DNA of 64,000 nucleotides from an uncultured bacterium (GTDB lineage: Bacteria > Oederibacteriota > JAAXVQ01 > JAUVAV01): contig CAVQBK010000007.1 of the NCBI GenBank assembly GCA_963710755.1, positions 64,001-128,000 on the forward strand. The letters are read 5' to 3'. This document shows positions 38,690-48,697 of this stretch, in pieces. Below the pieces are notes generated by a model. It ran no database searches, was not told the DNA's origin, and saw nothing but the letters and a program-made list of their open reading frames with translations. The stretch's first letter is position 1, and every line of letters starts with the position of its first letter. A program made the translations under genes and the position numbers.

Positions 38690-40094
38690 GAGGCAACTCC
38701 TTAGGGAGATGAAATATAAGGATGAAAAGCGATCCTCGGGAACTGCTACGGTAGGCAATCCGGCCATGATGGGCACTGATGATGTTTTTAGCGATGGCCA
38801 GGCCCAGGCCGGAGCCACGGGCTTTACTGGAATTAAAAGGGGTAAAAAGTTTTTTTCGTGCTTCCGGTGGAATGCCTGGGCCCTTATCCTTTACATAAAT
38901 ATACAGACGATGTTTGCCTGTCCGTGCTCCGATCACAATAGGGTCTTCTGGCCCGCTGGCTTCGCGGGCATTGATGACGAAATTGCGCAGCACCGTACGG
39001 AGAGCGTTGCGGTCAAGCATCATCGCCGGCAGGGGCGGCACAACCTGCAGCAGGCAGTGGTGATCTTCCTTGCGCACGTCTTGCAGCAAGTCCAGGATAT
39101 CGATTTTCTCCAACTGGAGATTGGGCTGACGGGCATAATCCATCATATACTGGATAATGCTGTTCATGCGGTTGATCTCCTGTCGGATACGATCCAATAA
39201 TTCCATCGTGCTTTCCAGACGGCCGGCCCGCTGCTCACGATCGATCAAGTCAATCATACCGCTGATGCCGGTCAGGGGATTGCGGATCTCGTGGGCTACG
39301 CCGGCGGCTAAAATCTTCATGTTGGACAGGCGGTTTTCATGCTCTCTGGTAATCTGTTCCTGGCGTTGTTTGAGTTTTTCCACGGTCTCGTTGAAAGCGC
39401 GCAGCAGATAAGCGATTTCGTCGCGCCCTCTGACCTTGATCAGAGGACGGTCGTAACCGGATTGCAATAGGAGAAACCCACGAGTTAATTTAGACAAACG
39501 CCGGGACAAGAGTCCTATAAAAAACCAGCTGGCAGCCATGGCGAGCAGTCCGCCTAACAAAAGCGTGGTGTTTTGTCGGTGACGGACTTTTTTGATAACC
39601 GCGTACATCTGGCTACCTGCGGATAAATGTAATCGGTAGCCGTGAGGCAGGGTAAGATTATAAGCCTTATGCCATTCGCCGTACTGACTGCGATAAAGGA
39701 TGGCGCCCTGTGAAGTAGGCTGGTTATTACCGGGGGACATAAACAACGCTCCCGGCGGCAATTGACGACTGTCCAGACAAACACGGCCTTCCGGGTTAGT
39801 CAGGCAGAGCCGGTCCAATTGATGATGTTTAACAAAAGCTCGAACCCGCGTACGGTCTTTTTGGAATATTAAGGTGGTCACATCAGCGCGGCTGTAACTA
39901 AGCAGCCTTTCCATGGGCATGGTGGCCTGGAATTGGTCACCCAAAAGGGCTAAGCGTTCATCAAATTGACGATCCAGAGCCGCCAAAAAATGACTTTCTG
40001 CGATCCAGCCATAAAGGAGCAGGCTGGGGGTTATGGTCATGAGGATGATGAGAAACAACTTTTGCTTTAGTGACCAGAATAAGAATGTTTTCAT
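38667..40094 (-). CDS. Membrane sensor histidine kinase (2 TM, HAMP, HisKA, HATPase)
   Basis: RDEIAYLLRAFN HAMP, AGVAHEIRNPL, NFVINAREA, DKGPGI and GSGLGL. Confidence 0.93.
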   Translation of the reverse strand: MKTFLFWSLKQKLFLIILMTITPSLLLYGWIAESHFLAALDRQFDERLALLGDQFQATMPMERLLSYSRADVTTLIFQKDRTRVRAFVKHHQLDRLCLTNPEGRVCLDSRQLPPGALFMSPGNNQPTSQGAILYRSQYGEWHKAYNLTLPHGYRLHLSAGSQMYAVIKKVRHRQNTTLLLGGLLAMAASWFFIGLLSRRLSKLTRGFLLLQSGYDRPLIKVRGRDEIAYLLRAFNETVEKLKQRQEQITREHENRLSNMKILAAGVAHEIRNPLTGISGMIDLIDREQRAGRLESTMELLDRIRQEINRMNSIIQYMMDYARQPNLQLEKIDILDLLQDVRKEDHHCLLQVVPPLPAMMLDRNALRTVLRNFVINAREASGPEDPIVIGARTGKHRLYIYVKDKGPGIPPEARKKLFTPFNSSKARGSGLGLAIAKNIISAHHGRIAYRSSSRGSLFILIFHLPKELPHGHLVID

Positions 40095-40183
40095 GCGGAC
40101 TTCATCCCCTCGCCGGTTTCAATGGCATTATGAAAACCAGCCTCACGGTACTATTGCCAAGAGGCTGAGATAAAGAACCGAAT

Positions 40184-41491
40184 TTAAAATTTAACGGCCA
40201 TCCCCAGGGTAAATGTACGATAGGTAAAGTTGTTTAACACTGTGGCCGGGGCTGTGGAATTGGAAGCCTGACTGATGACATGCACACTAAGAAATACATG
40301 GGCCCAGGAAACCCACAAAGCTTGCTTCAAGGTAAGGCCCAGATCATGACTGAGCTCCCAATGGGGTGAATCAAAGAAATAGGCTGTCTGCGTGGCGCCG
40401 GCATCGATAAAGCGATAGGCCGGACGGTGGGGAAACTGTTTGGATTGAAGGGTATACAGCAACGCTCCTTTGGGGGTTTGTCCGGCCACCTTGAAGGCAA
40501 AGGTGAAACTATAAAGCAGGCGGAGTCGATATTGATAGTAGTCAAAATAAGCAGGCAGGTAAACATCCTGCTGAGGATCATAAAAATGCTGATTGGAATG
40601 GCGAGCCCTAAAACCACCATCCAGTTCCAACTGATGATAGCTATTAATCAGAAAGGGGAACTCCACAAAGATGTCCAGGTATTGGTCCTGACGCTGTTGT
40701 GGGCTTATGACCGGGCCAGGCAGAATTATCGGTTGCTCATGGTAGTTCACCCATTTTCCTCTTAATTCCACGTTGGTCAGTACGGCCTGGCGATCCCAGG
40801 TCATTTCCTGCCTGAGCCAGCCTTCGTGAACACCAATATCCAGATCATGCAACCCTGCCGGCAACCCGGCAGTGGTGAGGCCGGCCAGTTCATAGGCTGC
40901 GATCTGCTCTGCATTGGTGGCATGAGGATATTTACGCTCATAACTTTTATATCCCCATTTGGTGCGCATGGGCCAACTCCCGGCGGTATAAGCGGCGCGC
41001 ATCTCCGCCCAAAAACCCAGATCATAAAAACTGAATAAGCCACCGGCCAGGGTTTCATCTTCCGGCCGTTGATTCAAGTCTATATTATAAAACCCTTTCA
41101 ATTTAAATTGCCAGGTTTTGCCCAATTGGTAATTACCGCCCAACAGGGTGTTACAACGGAAGGTTTTCTTAAAAACAAAGGATTCATCTTCGATGTTGAG
41201 CACATTGTCCGTGCCAAAATACTCGACTTCCACGGAGGGCGTGATCCACAAATTGGACCAGTCTGTAAATCCCAGGTTGGGGGCTGCCAACAGATAAAAA
41301 TTATCGGCAAGCGATTGCTGATTAAGCGTGTAAGCACCCGACGCCGGGGTGGTGCTGATGGTGGCGGAACTTAAGGCCAAACTGGATTCGAGTATGGGCG
41401 CCAGGACGACCTTGGCTGCGGCCTGACTTTGACTTGCCCCCAGGCAACCCAGGATTATGAATACTATCATTGGACTATGCCGATGTTTCAT
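40184..41491 (-). CDS. Exported protein, probable outer-membrane beta-barrel
   Basis: Signal peptide, amphipathic aromatic-rich strands and terminal FTLGMAVKF; RBS AAGGAG before ATG 41491. Confidence 0.7.
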   Translation of the reverse strand: MKHRHSPMIVFIILGCLGASQSQAAAKVVLAPILESSLALSSATISTTPASGAYTLNQQSLADNFYLLAAPNLGFTDWSNLWITPSVEVEYFGTDNVLNIEDESFVFKKTFRCNTLLGGNYQLGKTWQFKLKGFYNIDLNQRPEDETLAGGLFSFYDLGFWAEMRAAYTAGSWPMRTKWGYKSYERKYPHATNAEQIAAYELAGLTTAGLPAGLHDLDIGVHEGWLRQEMTWDRQAVLTNVELRGKWVNYHEQPIILPGPVISPQQRQDQYLDIFVEFPFLINSYHQLELDGGFRARHSNQHFYDPQQDVYLPAYFDYYQYRLRLLYSFTFAFKVAGQTPKGALLYTLQSKQFPHRPAYRFIDAGATQTAYFFDSPHWELSHDLGLTLKQALWVSWAHVFLSVHVISQASNSTAPATVLNNFTYRTFTLGMAVKF

Positions 41492-42024
41492 GGCCGGCTC
41501 CTTTGGCGTATGAATATTCGTCACATGGGTTCATAAAAAAAGCCCTTCCTGAAAATAATGGGATAAAAGTCCCTTCCAGGTATTGGCTGGTACTCCTTGT
41601 TGGTTTGTAATTGGCCAACAATACTTCCTTTTTACCTTCTTCACTTAAAAAAAATACGACTGAAGAAAGTCCAATGCGGCTAAGGTCTCTTGCCATGATA
41701 ATGATCAAGGCTGCAGCCACGGTGGAGATGCAACCCCGTGATCACCGTGGCTAGGGCCAGATCATGATTCCATTGCAATTGAAATTGATCCTGGTAACCA
41801 TCCCAGCGTAATAATTCCTTTGTGGTTAAACCTCGGGATGTGCTCTCGGCTTTAGCGCCAAGAGCTTGGTTTGCAGAAACAAGCAGCATATGATCGGCGT
41901 TTAACTTTTCCTCTATGGTTTCTCTTATGCGATCTATATTGCGATAATCATCAATGGGACGCAAGGCCCAGCTTGAGCTCAACTGCAAGGCCAGTGTGGC
42001 TGCCAGGAAGATAATTATTTTCAT
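41475..42024 (-). pseudogene. Exported/membrane protein apparently split by a 1-nt frameshift (ORFs 41680-42024 and 41475-41720)
   Basis: Strong RBS GGAGGAGG and signal peptide. Deleting one base from the G4 run (plus-strand CCCC at 41734-41737) gives a continuous TM helix LALATVITGCISTVAAALIIIMA. Confidence 0.5.
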
Positions 42025-42065
42025 TGAAAAACACCTCCTCCCTACAGAACGTACATATATTAGTA

Positions 42066-42082
42066 TGCAAATTTGATTCCAA
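42066..42082 (-). promoter_or_regulatory. Sigma54 (-24/-12) promoter
   Basis: Minus strand TTGGAATCAAATTTGCA = GG-N10-GC with TTGCA; upstream of an operon that encodes a sigma54 activator. Confidence 0.65.
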
Positions 42083-42371
42083 TTTCAAATGTTCTCCGGA
42101 CTTTATCAAGACCTTTAATCTCCTAAACAAGGCGGGCAACTGCTTTATCAACAATGAAATTTCAGGCTTGCCCACCGTGAAAGCTTAGCATGAAAAAAAA
42201 TAAATTAATCGAGTGACTGAAAATCATACGAACGCCCAAAAACCGTCGCTGTATAGTTAACCGCATTTTGCCGTTACTACCACTAATGGCCTGACGTCCA
42301 GTTGTTTGTATATAACCAGGGTCATTCCATATCCAGGGACACGTTCTGTCCAACCTAGGTTAGGAAGCGTA

Positions 42372-44060
42372 ATGATGATCTTTAGATCTATTGTAATCAA
42401 CCTGGTGCTATTAACGCAATGCTTAATTGTCCCCATGGCAGGGCATGCGGTTGCCCGCACCCCCGGCGAAGAATTGATCGCCGTGCAATTGCACCGGTGG
42501 CTTGATACACCCGGAACAGGCGCGGGTATCCGGGTTGGCGGCGTGGCCCTGCATACCTTTGGTTTGATTAAAGCCATGTACATGAAACGCCACTATCTGC
42601 CCTTGTGGAGTGCCAAGGAGCAGCTCAAACCGCAAGTTAACCAATTGATCGAGGTCATTAAATCCGTTGAAAATGAAGGCCTCAATCCTTTTGACTATCA
42701 TCTTTTTAAAATCGTGAAATTGTTAAATGAAATTACCCGGGAAAGTCAGGAACATTTTCAGCCCTTGAAAGTCGCAGCTTTGGATTTACTCTTAAGTGAT
42801 GCTTTTTTAACCATCACCGCTGATTTGGCCTATGGCCGGGTCAGCCTGGATACCAATATTCGGGCTCCCTATCAGTTTGGGGAACATTACGATTTGATCA
42901 CCATGCTGGAACAAGCTGTGAAAGAGGAAAAATTACAGGATGTCATTAAAACCCTGCGGCCACCCAATGAAGGGTTTACTAAAATGCGGGCTTATTTGGC
43001 CAAGTACCGCCGGCTGGAAAAGGAAGAGGTCTGGCCGCCTCTGCTTAACCGGACACCTTTGCGACTGGGCATGGACAATCAGGTGGGTGTTAAAAGCCTG
43101 CGATACAAATTGCGCTTGCTCGGTGATTTGCAGGAGACCTCCACGGGTTCCGATATATTTGACAAGTCAGTGGAAGAAGCGGTCAAACGCTATCAGAGCC
43201 GCCATGGCTTGATGCTCACCGGCATTGTGGATGAACAAACCAAAGCCTGGTTAAATACCCCCTTGAAAGTATTGATTAAAACCATGGAAATCAACATGGA
43301 ACGTTGGCGCTGGTTGCCTCGCGATCTGGGGGATCAATATCTGCTGATCAATATTCCTGATTTCACTTTAAAAGTCATTCATCATGGCAAGGTGGATTTG
43401 GCTATGAAAGTGGTGGTGGGTAAGGAATACTCCAAAACCCCCATCTTTAGCGACCGGCTGCGCTATATCGTGATCAACCCCGATTGGACCATCCCTCCCA
43501 ACCTGGTGATCAAGATGAAACTGCATAAAATTCGTCGCGACCCCAATTATTTAAAGTCTCATTCCATTGCCGTACTCAAAGGCTGGGGGGAGAATACTCG
43601 GGAAATTGATCCAGCCGCTGTGGATTGGAAAAAAGTGGGCATCAACGAGTTTTACGAAACTTACCGGTTGGTGCAGGCGCCGGGGGATAACAATCCCTTG
43701 GGCAAATTGAAATTCATGTTTCCCAATGAATATAATGTGTATCTTCACGGTACCAATCAACCGGAATTGTTCCGTAAGGAGACCAGGAGCTACAGTTCGG
43801 GCTGTATCCGCCTGTCCGAACCGGTCAAACTGGCAACTTATTGTCTGAAAAGCCAGACGGTATGGTCAAAGGAACGTATTGAGAGCGCCATCCATTCAGG
43901 ATACCAACAAAAAATAAAGTTGACTTATCCCTTACCGATCCATATTCTCTATTGGACTGCCTGGGTAGGAGAAGACGGGGTGTTGAATTTCCGGACCGAT
44001 ATCTATAACCGCGATGAAGCGATCGCAAAGGCGTTTTACCAACCGGCACTTAATCAATAA
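42372..44060 (+). CDS. ldtD: Murein L,D-transpeptidase (YcbB/LdtD type)
   Basis: PG-binding AVKRYQSRHGL, NMERWRWLP, NPLGKLKFMFPN, and catalytic YLHGT...SSGCIRL. Confidence 0.9.
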   Translation: MMIFRSIVINLVLLTQCLIVPMAGHAVARTPGEELIAVQLHRWLDTPGTGAGIRVGGVALHTFGLIKAMYMKRHYLPLWSAKEQLKPQVNQLIEVIKSVENEGLNPFDYHLFKIVKLLNEITRESQEHFQPLKVAALDLLLSDAFLTITADLAYGRVSLDTNIRAPYQFGEHYDLITMLEQAVKEEKLQDVIKTLRPPNEGFTKMRAYLAKYRRLEKEEVWPPLLNRTPLRLGMDNQVGVKSLRYKLRLLGDLQETSTGSDIFDKSVEEAVKRYQSRHGLMLTGIVDEQTKAWLNTPLKVLIKTMEINMERWRWLPRDLGDQYLLINIPDFTLKVIHHGKVDLAMKVVVGKEYSKTPIFSDRLRYIVINPDWTIPPNLVIKMKLHKIRRDPNYLKSHSIAVLKGWGENTREIDPAAVDWKKVGINEFYETYRLVQAPGDNNPLGKLKFMFPNEYNVYLHGTNQPELFRKETRSYSSGCIRLSEPVKLATYCLKSQTVWSKERIESAIHSGYQQKIKLTYPLPIHILYWTAWVGEDGVLNFRTDIYNRDEAIAKAFYQPALNQ

Positions 44061-44094
44061 TTCTTTCCCGCAGATTTTAACCGAACGGTGAATT

Positions 44095-45099
44095 ATGAAG
44101 TTACATCACATCACAACTATTTTGATCGGTGCCCTTCTTTTGGCGGCTTGGGGGCCAGCTACTGTTAAAGCACGGGAGTCACTGGTGGCGGTGAAGGTTA
44201 ATCATCACCGCCAGGCCATCCTAATGCCAATTCAGAGCCTGATGGTGTTTCCTGCCGATGTTATCACCGTGACCTTTAAAACTAAAGGCCTCCAGCTGGC
44301 TTCACAAGGGTCCTTACATGCTGAAGATTTGCCGGCCCCTGTCCCTAAACACTGGTCTTGGCGCGCGCCCCAAAAGCCCGGTGTATACACACTGGTACTG
44401 CGTCAATCGTCTTGGCAGCAACAACTCAATTTTGTTGTGCAAGTGCCTTACAACCAAATGAAACGGGTGGAGCTTAATGGTTACCGCATCGGTGGTTACC
44501 CTCAAAAAAGAAAAATCAAAAATGCTCTCTATCAACACCCGGAAGGATTCATTGAAGTCACTGCAGAGAATGAAACGGTAAACCTCAGTCCCCACTTTCA
44601 GTTAAAACAATTTTTATGCAAGCAGCATGACGCTTATCCCAAATATATTACCATTAAGGAAGGGCTGCTGACCAAACTGGAGGCTCTGATCCGCCTGATT
44701 CATCAGCAGGGCATAAAATGCACTTCCCTGGTAGTCTTGAGTGGTTACCGGACACCCTATTACAACCAATTGCTGGGGAACGTTCCTTATAGCGCCCATT
44801 TATATGGCAAGGCGGCGGATATCTACATAGATGAAGATCACAACGGCCTCATGGATGACCTGAATCATGACGGCAGTCTGGATTATCGTGACGCTAAAAT
44901 CCTTTACCAGTTGGTGGAACGACTGGAGAGAACGCCGATGGGGCGCAAGTTGAAGGGTGGTCTGGGACTTTATGGCCGCACCACAACTCATTCTCCTTTT
45001 GTACATATGGATATCCGGGGCTATCAGGCCCGCTGGGGGATAGACCGTCCGGTGGAACAAGCCCGGCGGAAATTTGGCTCCAACCGGAAAACCGATTAA
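44095..45099 (+). CDS. Peptidase M15A family (YcbK-like) exported metallopeptidase
   Basis: LSPHFQLKQFLCK, SGYRTPYYN, SAHLYGKAAD and FVHMDIRG. Confidence 0.85.
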   Translation: MKLHHITTILIGALLLAAWGPATVKARESLVAVKVNHHRQAILMPIQSLMVFPADVITVTFKTKGLQLASQGSLHAEDLPAPVPKHWSWRAPQKPGVYTLVLRQSSWQQQLNFVVQVPYNQMKRVELNGYRIGGYPQKRKIKNALYQHPEGFIEVTAENETVNLSPHFQLKQFLCKQHDAYPKYITIKEGLLTKLEALIRLIHQQGIKCTSLVVLSGYRTPYYNQLLGNVPYSAHLYGKAADIYIDEDHNGLMDDLNHDGSLDYRDAKILYQLVERLERTPMGRKLKGGLGLYGRTTTHSPFVHMDIRGYQARWGIDRPVEQARRKFGSNRKTD

Positions 45100-45182
45100 C
45101 TCAGAAAACCTTTTTCGCATAGGCGGACATTGGGCAAGGAGGTGAGATCACTTTTTGGAACCAGCACGTTAAATAAAATTCG

Positions 45183-45319
45183 GCCTATGATTAGGAACAA
45201 GGTGAAAACCCTTGGCTGCCCGGCAACTGTGAGCAGGACGAAAACCGTGAATACCACTGGCCAACGCTGGGAAGGTACGGTGAGTAGAATGAATGCGAGC
45301 CAGGAAACAACATAAGGCC
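45183..45319 (+). promoter_or_regulatory. Cobalamin (B12) riboswitch
   Basis: AGGAA-CAAGGTGAAAACCCTTG-GCTGCCCGGCAACTGTGA, CCACTG...GGGAAGG and GAGCCAGGAAAC B12-box elements directly upstream of btuB. Boundaries approximate. Confidence 0.9.
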
Positions 45320-45339
45320 CAAATCTCCAGGGGGAATTT

Positions 45340-47445
45340 ATGCGTCAGTTTTTGGTTAAGTCCTTGTGCTTTAGTTTGTTTCTCGTTCCAATGACCGTCT
45401 TCGGTGTTCAGGCGGACCAGCCGCAGCCGGTTTGGCCTGCCCAGAATGGGCTCTTGCAGCCTCTGCTCATGAATCCAGAACTTGCCGACCATCTTAAGCT
45501 CACACCCGAACCGTCCTCAAACTCAATGCCGCTTTCCGATCCTTTAGTGACCTCCGCAGCGACCATGGCCTTGCCTGTAACCGAAGCTGCCAGTTCGATA
45601 ACGGTCCTTACTCGCCGGGATATTGAAGCCAACCGGGTTTTTTACCTGGACGATTTGCTGCGTCTGGTGCCGGGCTTGGATGTCATTTCCAGCGGCGGTC
45701 CCGGCAAATTAACATCCGTGTTTATACGAGGCGCTGCTTCGGAGCGCACCCTGATCATGGTGGATAATATTCCAATCAATGATCCCGCCAGTCCGGCACG
45801 TACGACCGACCTCTCCAAAATCGCCTTGGCCAATGTGGAACGCATTGAGATTGTGCGCGGCCCGCAAAGTCTGGCCTTTGGTGCCGGCGCTATGGGCGGG
45901 GTGATCAATATCATTACCCGCCGCGGTACGGCCTCCTGGTCCGGTGATCTGAGCGCAGCCGTGGGGCGTTATCAAACCTATCTGAGCCAGGTGACCGCCC
46001 GGGGGCCACTGGGCCCGTGGCGACTGGCTGCAGCCGGTGCATGGCTTTACAGCGAGGGCTTCTCAGCTGCCAAACGTTCCCAGGAAGCGGATGATGCGGC
46101 GCTCCATCCTTTGCCCGCTATGGATCAGGATGGAGCCAAGCTCCTGAATGTGGATTTGGATTTAAATGGGCCGCTGGCCCGGGGATTGACCCTGACTTTG
46201 CAAAATCATTATCACCAAAGCCGCAATGAATTGGACAATGGCGCCGGTGATTGGGCTGATGATCCCAACGCCAGCGATGAGACCATAGCCCAGCTTCACC
46301 GCCTGGCCTTGGTGTATAAACCGGTTAAAACCTGGCGCCAGACCCTGAGTGTGGGGTTCAATCAGCTTGACCGCCATAACGACAATCCGGAAGATCCCAT
46401 GCATGTGGGTTCCGTATCCCGCAGCGCCTGGTGGGGACAGCATCTGGTGGTGGATTGGCGCCATCAATTGACCTTGGCCAGGAACAGCACATTGGTGATC
46501 GGTGTGGGCTATCAGCAGGAAAAAGCGCAAGGCCTGGAATATGTGGGCTATGATGATTGGGGAGGCGGTCATGTGACCATGGAAAACCAGTTTCCATTGC
46601 GCTCGTCTCATCTGGTGAATGGCTATATTGAAGACCAGGTAATCACAGGGCCGTTCGTTACCCGAGTGGGGGTGCGCTATGACCAACACGATCAATTCGG
46701 CGGCTTGCTTTCCTATCGTGCCAGTGAAACTTACCAGTTACCGGCCTTTCACAGCCGCCTAAGGGGAAGTTACGGTACGGCTTTTAATCCGCCCTCCCTT
46801 TATCAACTTTATGTGCAGGATGCCTACTCCCAAGGCAATGCGCACCTAAAACCGGAAGAATCCAAGGGATGGGAACTGGGCTACGAACAGGACTTGTGGG
46901 GCACTCTTTTAACCCTGTCTTTGGATTACTTTGTGACCCATTATGAAAATCAGATTGATGCACCCTTTGATCCGGCCAGTTTAAAATATGTTTATCAAAA
47001 TCTGGCCAAGGTGGCTATCCAAGGCGGGGAGATAGGTATGACCCTGCGCCTTCAACCAAAGTGGCAGCTGTCAGCCACTTATACCAAATTAACGGCCAAT
47101 GATATTACCCGGGAAGCCTCGGTGGGCAAAGACCCGCTCATCCGTCGCGCTGACCATCAACTGGGCCTGGAGGCGGTTTATCATGGGGCTCCGTTAACCG
47201 TATCCGCTGAGCTCAAGTATATTGGCCCCCGTTGGGACAAGGTCTATGATCCTGCACTGGGTCAAGTGGCCCAAACCGCCTTGGCTCCGTACACCCTGAT
47301 CAATGTGGCCATTAGTTATCGGATTTGGGACCGGGTCACGGGCTTTATTCGGCTCCACAATCTTTTGGATCAGGATTATGTGGATGTTTCGGGTTATAAT
47401 ACCTCTCGTTTCAATCCCCAGCTTGGGGTCAGTATTAACCTGTAA
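45340..47445 (+). CDS. btuB: TonB-dependent cobalamin receptor
   Basis: Plug domain (LLRLVPGLDV, SVFIRGA, ERIEIVRGPQS, GGVINIITR), LKPEES; follows the B12 riboswitch. Confidence 0.9.
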   Translation: MRQFLVKSLCFSLFLVPMTVFGVQADQPQPVWPAQNGLLQPLLMNPELADHLKLTPEPSSNSMPLSDPLVTSAATMALPVTEAASSITVLTRRDIEANRVFYLDDLLRLVPGLDVISSGGPGKLTSVFIRGAASERTLIMVDNIPINDPASPARTTDLSKIALANVERIEIVRGPQSLAFGAGAMGGVINIITRRGTASWSGDLSAAVGRYQTYLSQVTARGPLGPWRLAAAGAWLYSEGFSAAKRSQEADDAALHPLPAMDQDGAKLLNVDLDLNGPLARGLTLTLQNHYHQSRNELDNGAGDWADDPNASDETIAQLHRLALVYKPVKTWRQTLSVGFNQLDRHNDNPEDPMHVGSVSRSAWWGQHLVVDWRHQLTLARNSTLVIGVGYQQEKAQGLEYVGYDDWGGGHVTMENQFPLRSSHLVNGYIEDQVITGPFVTRVGVRYDQHDQFGGLLSYRASETYQLPAFHSRLRGSYGTAFNPPSLYQLYVQDAYSQGNAHLKPEESKGWELGYEQDLWGTLLTLSLDYFVTHYENQIDAPFDPASLKYVYQNLAKVAIQGGEIGMTLRLQPKWQLSATYTKLTANDITREASVGKDPLIRRADHQLGLEAVYHGAPLTVSAELKYIGPRWDKVYDPALGQVAQTALAPYTLINVAISYRIWDRVTGFIRLHNLLDQDYVDVSGYNTSRFNPQLGVSINL

Positions 47446-47449
47446 ACTA

Positions 47450-47743
47450 ATTAGTTTTTGTTGTGGATCGATGGTGGTGCCTCCATAGGCGGTCGGCGGT
47501 TTGCAGGGCAAAACGCCTTAGAGAAAAAAATTTCGTTGAAGCGGTTTTTTCAATGTCACCCAAAGGAAGCACCAACACCGGGCAGCAATAGTTCTGGCTT
47601 CAAACTTAAGTCACCGCAGCATGATTTTAACCGGGTCCACCATAAAGCTTTGAACTATCTGGATTCGGGCTAAAAGTATGCCGGAATGACGATAGGGTTT
47701 AATCTGCACGGCGTGAAAAGATGTTTCCACAACCAGAACTAAT
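47450..47743. mobile_element. Non-autonomous MITE-like element inserted between btuB and btuF
   Basis: 18-bp terminal inverted repeats, 16/18 matching (ATTAGTTTTTGTTGTGGA / TCCACAACCAGAACTAAT); internal CGTC-type REP-like hairpin at 47659-47691; no transposase. Confidence 0.6.
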
Positions 47744-47773
47744 AAAAACGCCACGGCTTGGGAGGCGGCAAAA

Positions 47774-48697
47774 ATGCAACCACCATCACTCCTAAAAATA
47801 ATCGCAGGGTTGACCGCGATTCTGGTACTGTGCGGATTCTTGCTGCCCCAGGCCGGTGCTCCTGGCAGTCTGCCGGTGCCGCTGCCCGTGGCCAACGCCG
47901 ACACTCCGCAGCGGCTGGTGTCCTTGGCGCCGGGGATCACGGAAATTCTCTTTGGCTTGGCCGCCGGTGACCTGGTTAAAGGAGTTACCAAGTATTGTGC
48001 TTTTCCTAAAGCCGCCGGCCGTTTGCCCAAGGTGGGCGGTTATTATGATCTTAATTATGAAGCCGTGCTGGCGCTGAGACCGGATCTGGTCATTCTCTTG
48101 CCTGCCCAGCAGGAACAGCGTCTCCGGCTGCAACGCATGGGGCTTCATACTTATACGGTGGATTTGAACACCCTGAGCAGTATTATGAGTTCCGTGCTAA
48201 TGCTCGGCCTGATTTGCCATCAGGAAAGCCAGGCTGCAATCATGATCCGGCAATTCGAGCAGAATATAATGGCCGCGGCTGTGCCGGCCGGCCGGAAGCG
48301 TTCCCGCGTCATGGTCGTGATTGACCGAGACTATGACCAGTCCGGTCTCCATGGGGTAACCATTGTGGGCCAAGGGGATTTCTATGGCGACCTGCTGAAA
48401 TTGGCCGGCGGAGAAAATGTTTTTCGCCAGGATTATCCGCGATACCCGCAACTCTCCCTAGAAGGCATACGTGTCCTCAATCCGGACGTCATCATTGAAT
48501 TAATAGCTGAACCGGAAAAAATCAAACGGTCCCAGGCCCAACTGCTTCATGACTGGGCCGCTGTGCCCGGCCTCAAGGCTTATCAAAACGGTCAGATCCA
48601 TCTTTTAACCGGCGATTATACGGTTATTCCCGGCCCCAGGTTAATCCAGTTGTTCAACGATCTCAAGAAAGCCGTCCCTTCAGGAGCAAGCCGGTGA
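47774..48697 (+). CDS. btuF: Cobalamin ABC transporter substrate-binding protein
   Basis: QRLVSLAPGITEILFGL, VTKYCAFP, EAVLALRPDLV and PGPRL. Confidence 0.88.
   Translation: MQPPSLLKIIAGLTAILVLCGFLLPQAGAPGSLPVPLPVANADTPQRLVSLAPGITEILFGLAAGDLVKGVTKYCAFPKAAGRLPKVGGYYDLNYEAVLALRPDLVILLPAQQEQRLRLQRMGLHTYTVDLNTLSSIMSSVLMLGLICHQESQAAIMIRQFEQNIMAAAVPAGRKRSRVMVVIDRDYDQSGLHGVTIVGQGDFYGDLLKLAGGENVFRQDYPRYPQLSLEGIRVLNPDVIIELIAEPEKIKRSQAQLLHDWAAVPGLKAYQNGQIHLLTGDYTVIPGPRLIQLFNDLKKAVPSGASR

Noticed and set aside
45130-45492. Short ORFs upstream of or overlapping the btuB start
   Set aside because: The region is explained by the cobalamin riboswitch and btuB.
47458-47673. 71-aa ORF between btuB and btuF
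   Set aside because: It lies inside the MITE-like element, with a TTG start and no recognisable motif.
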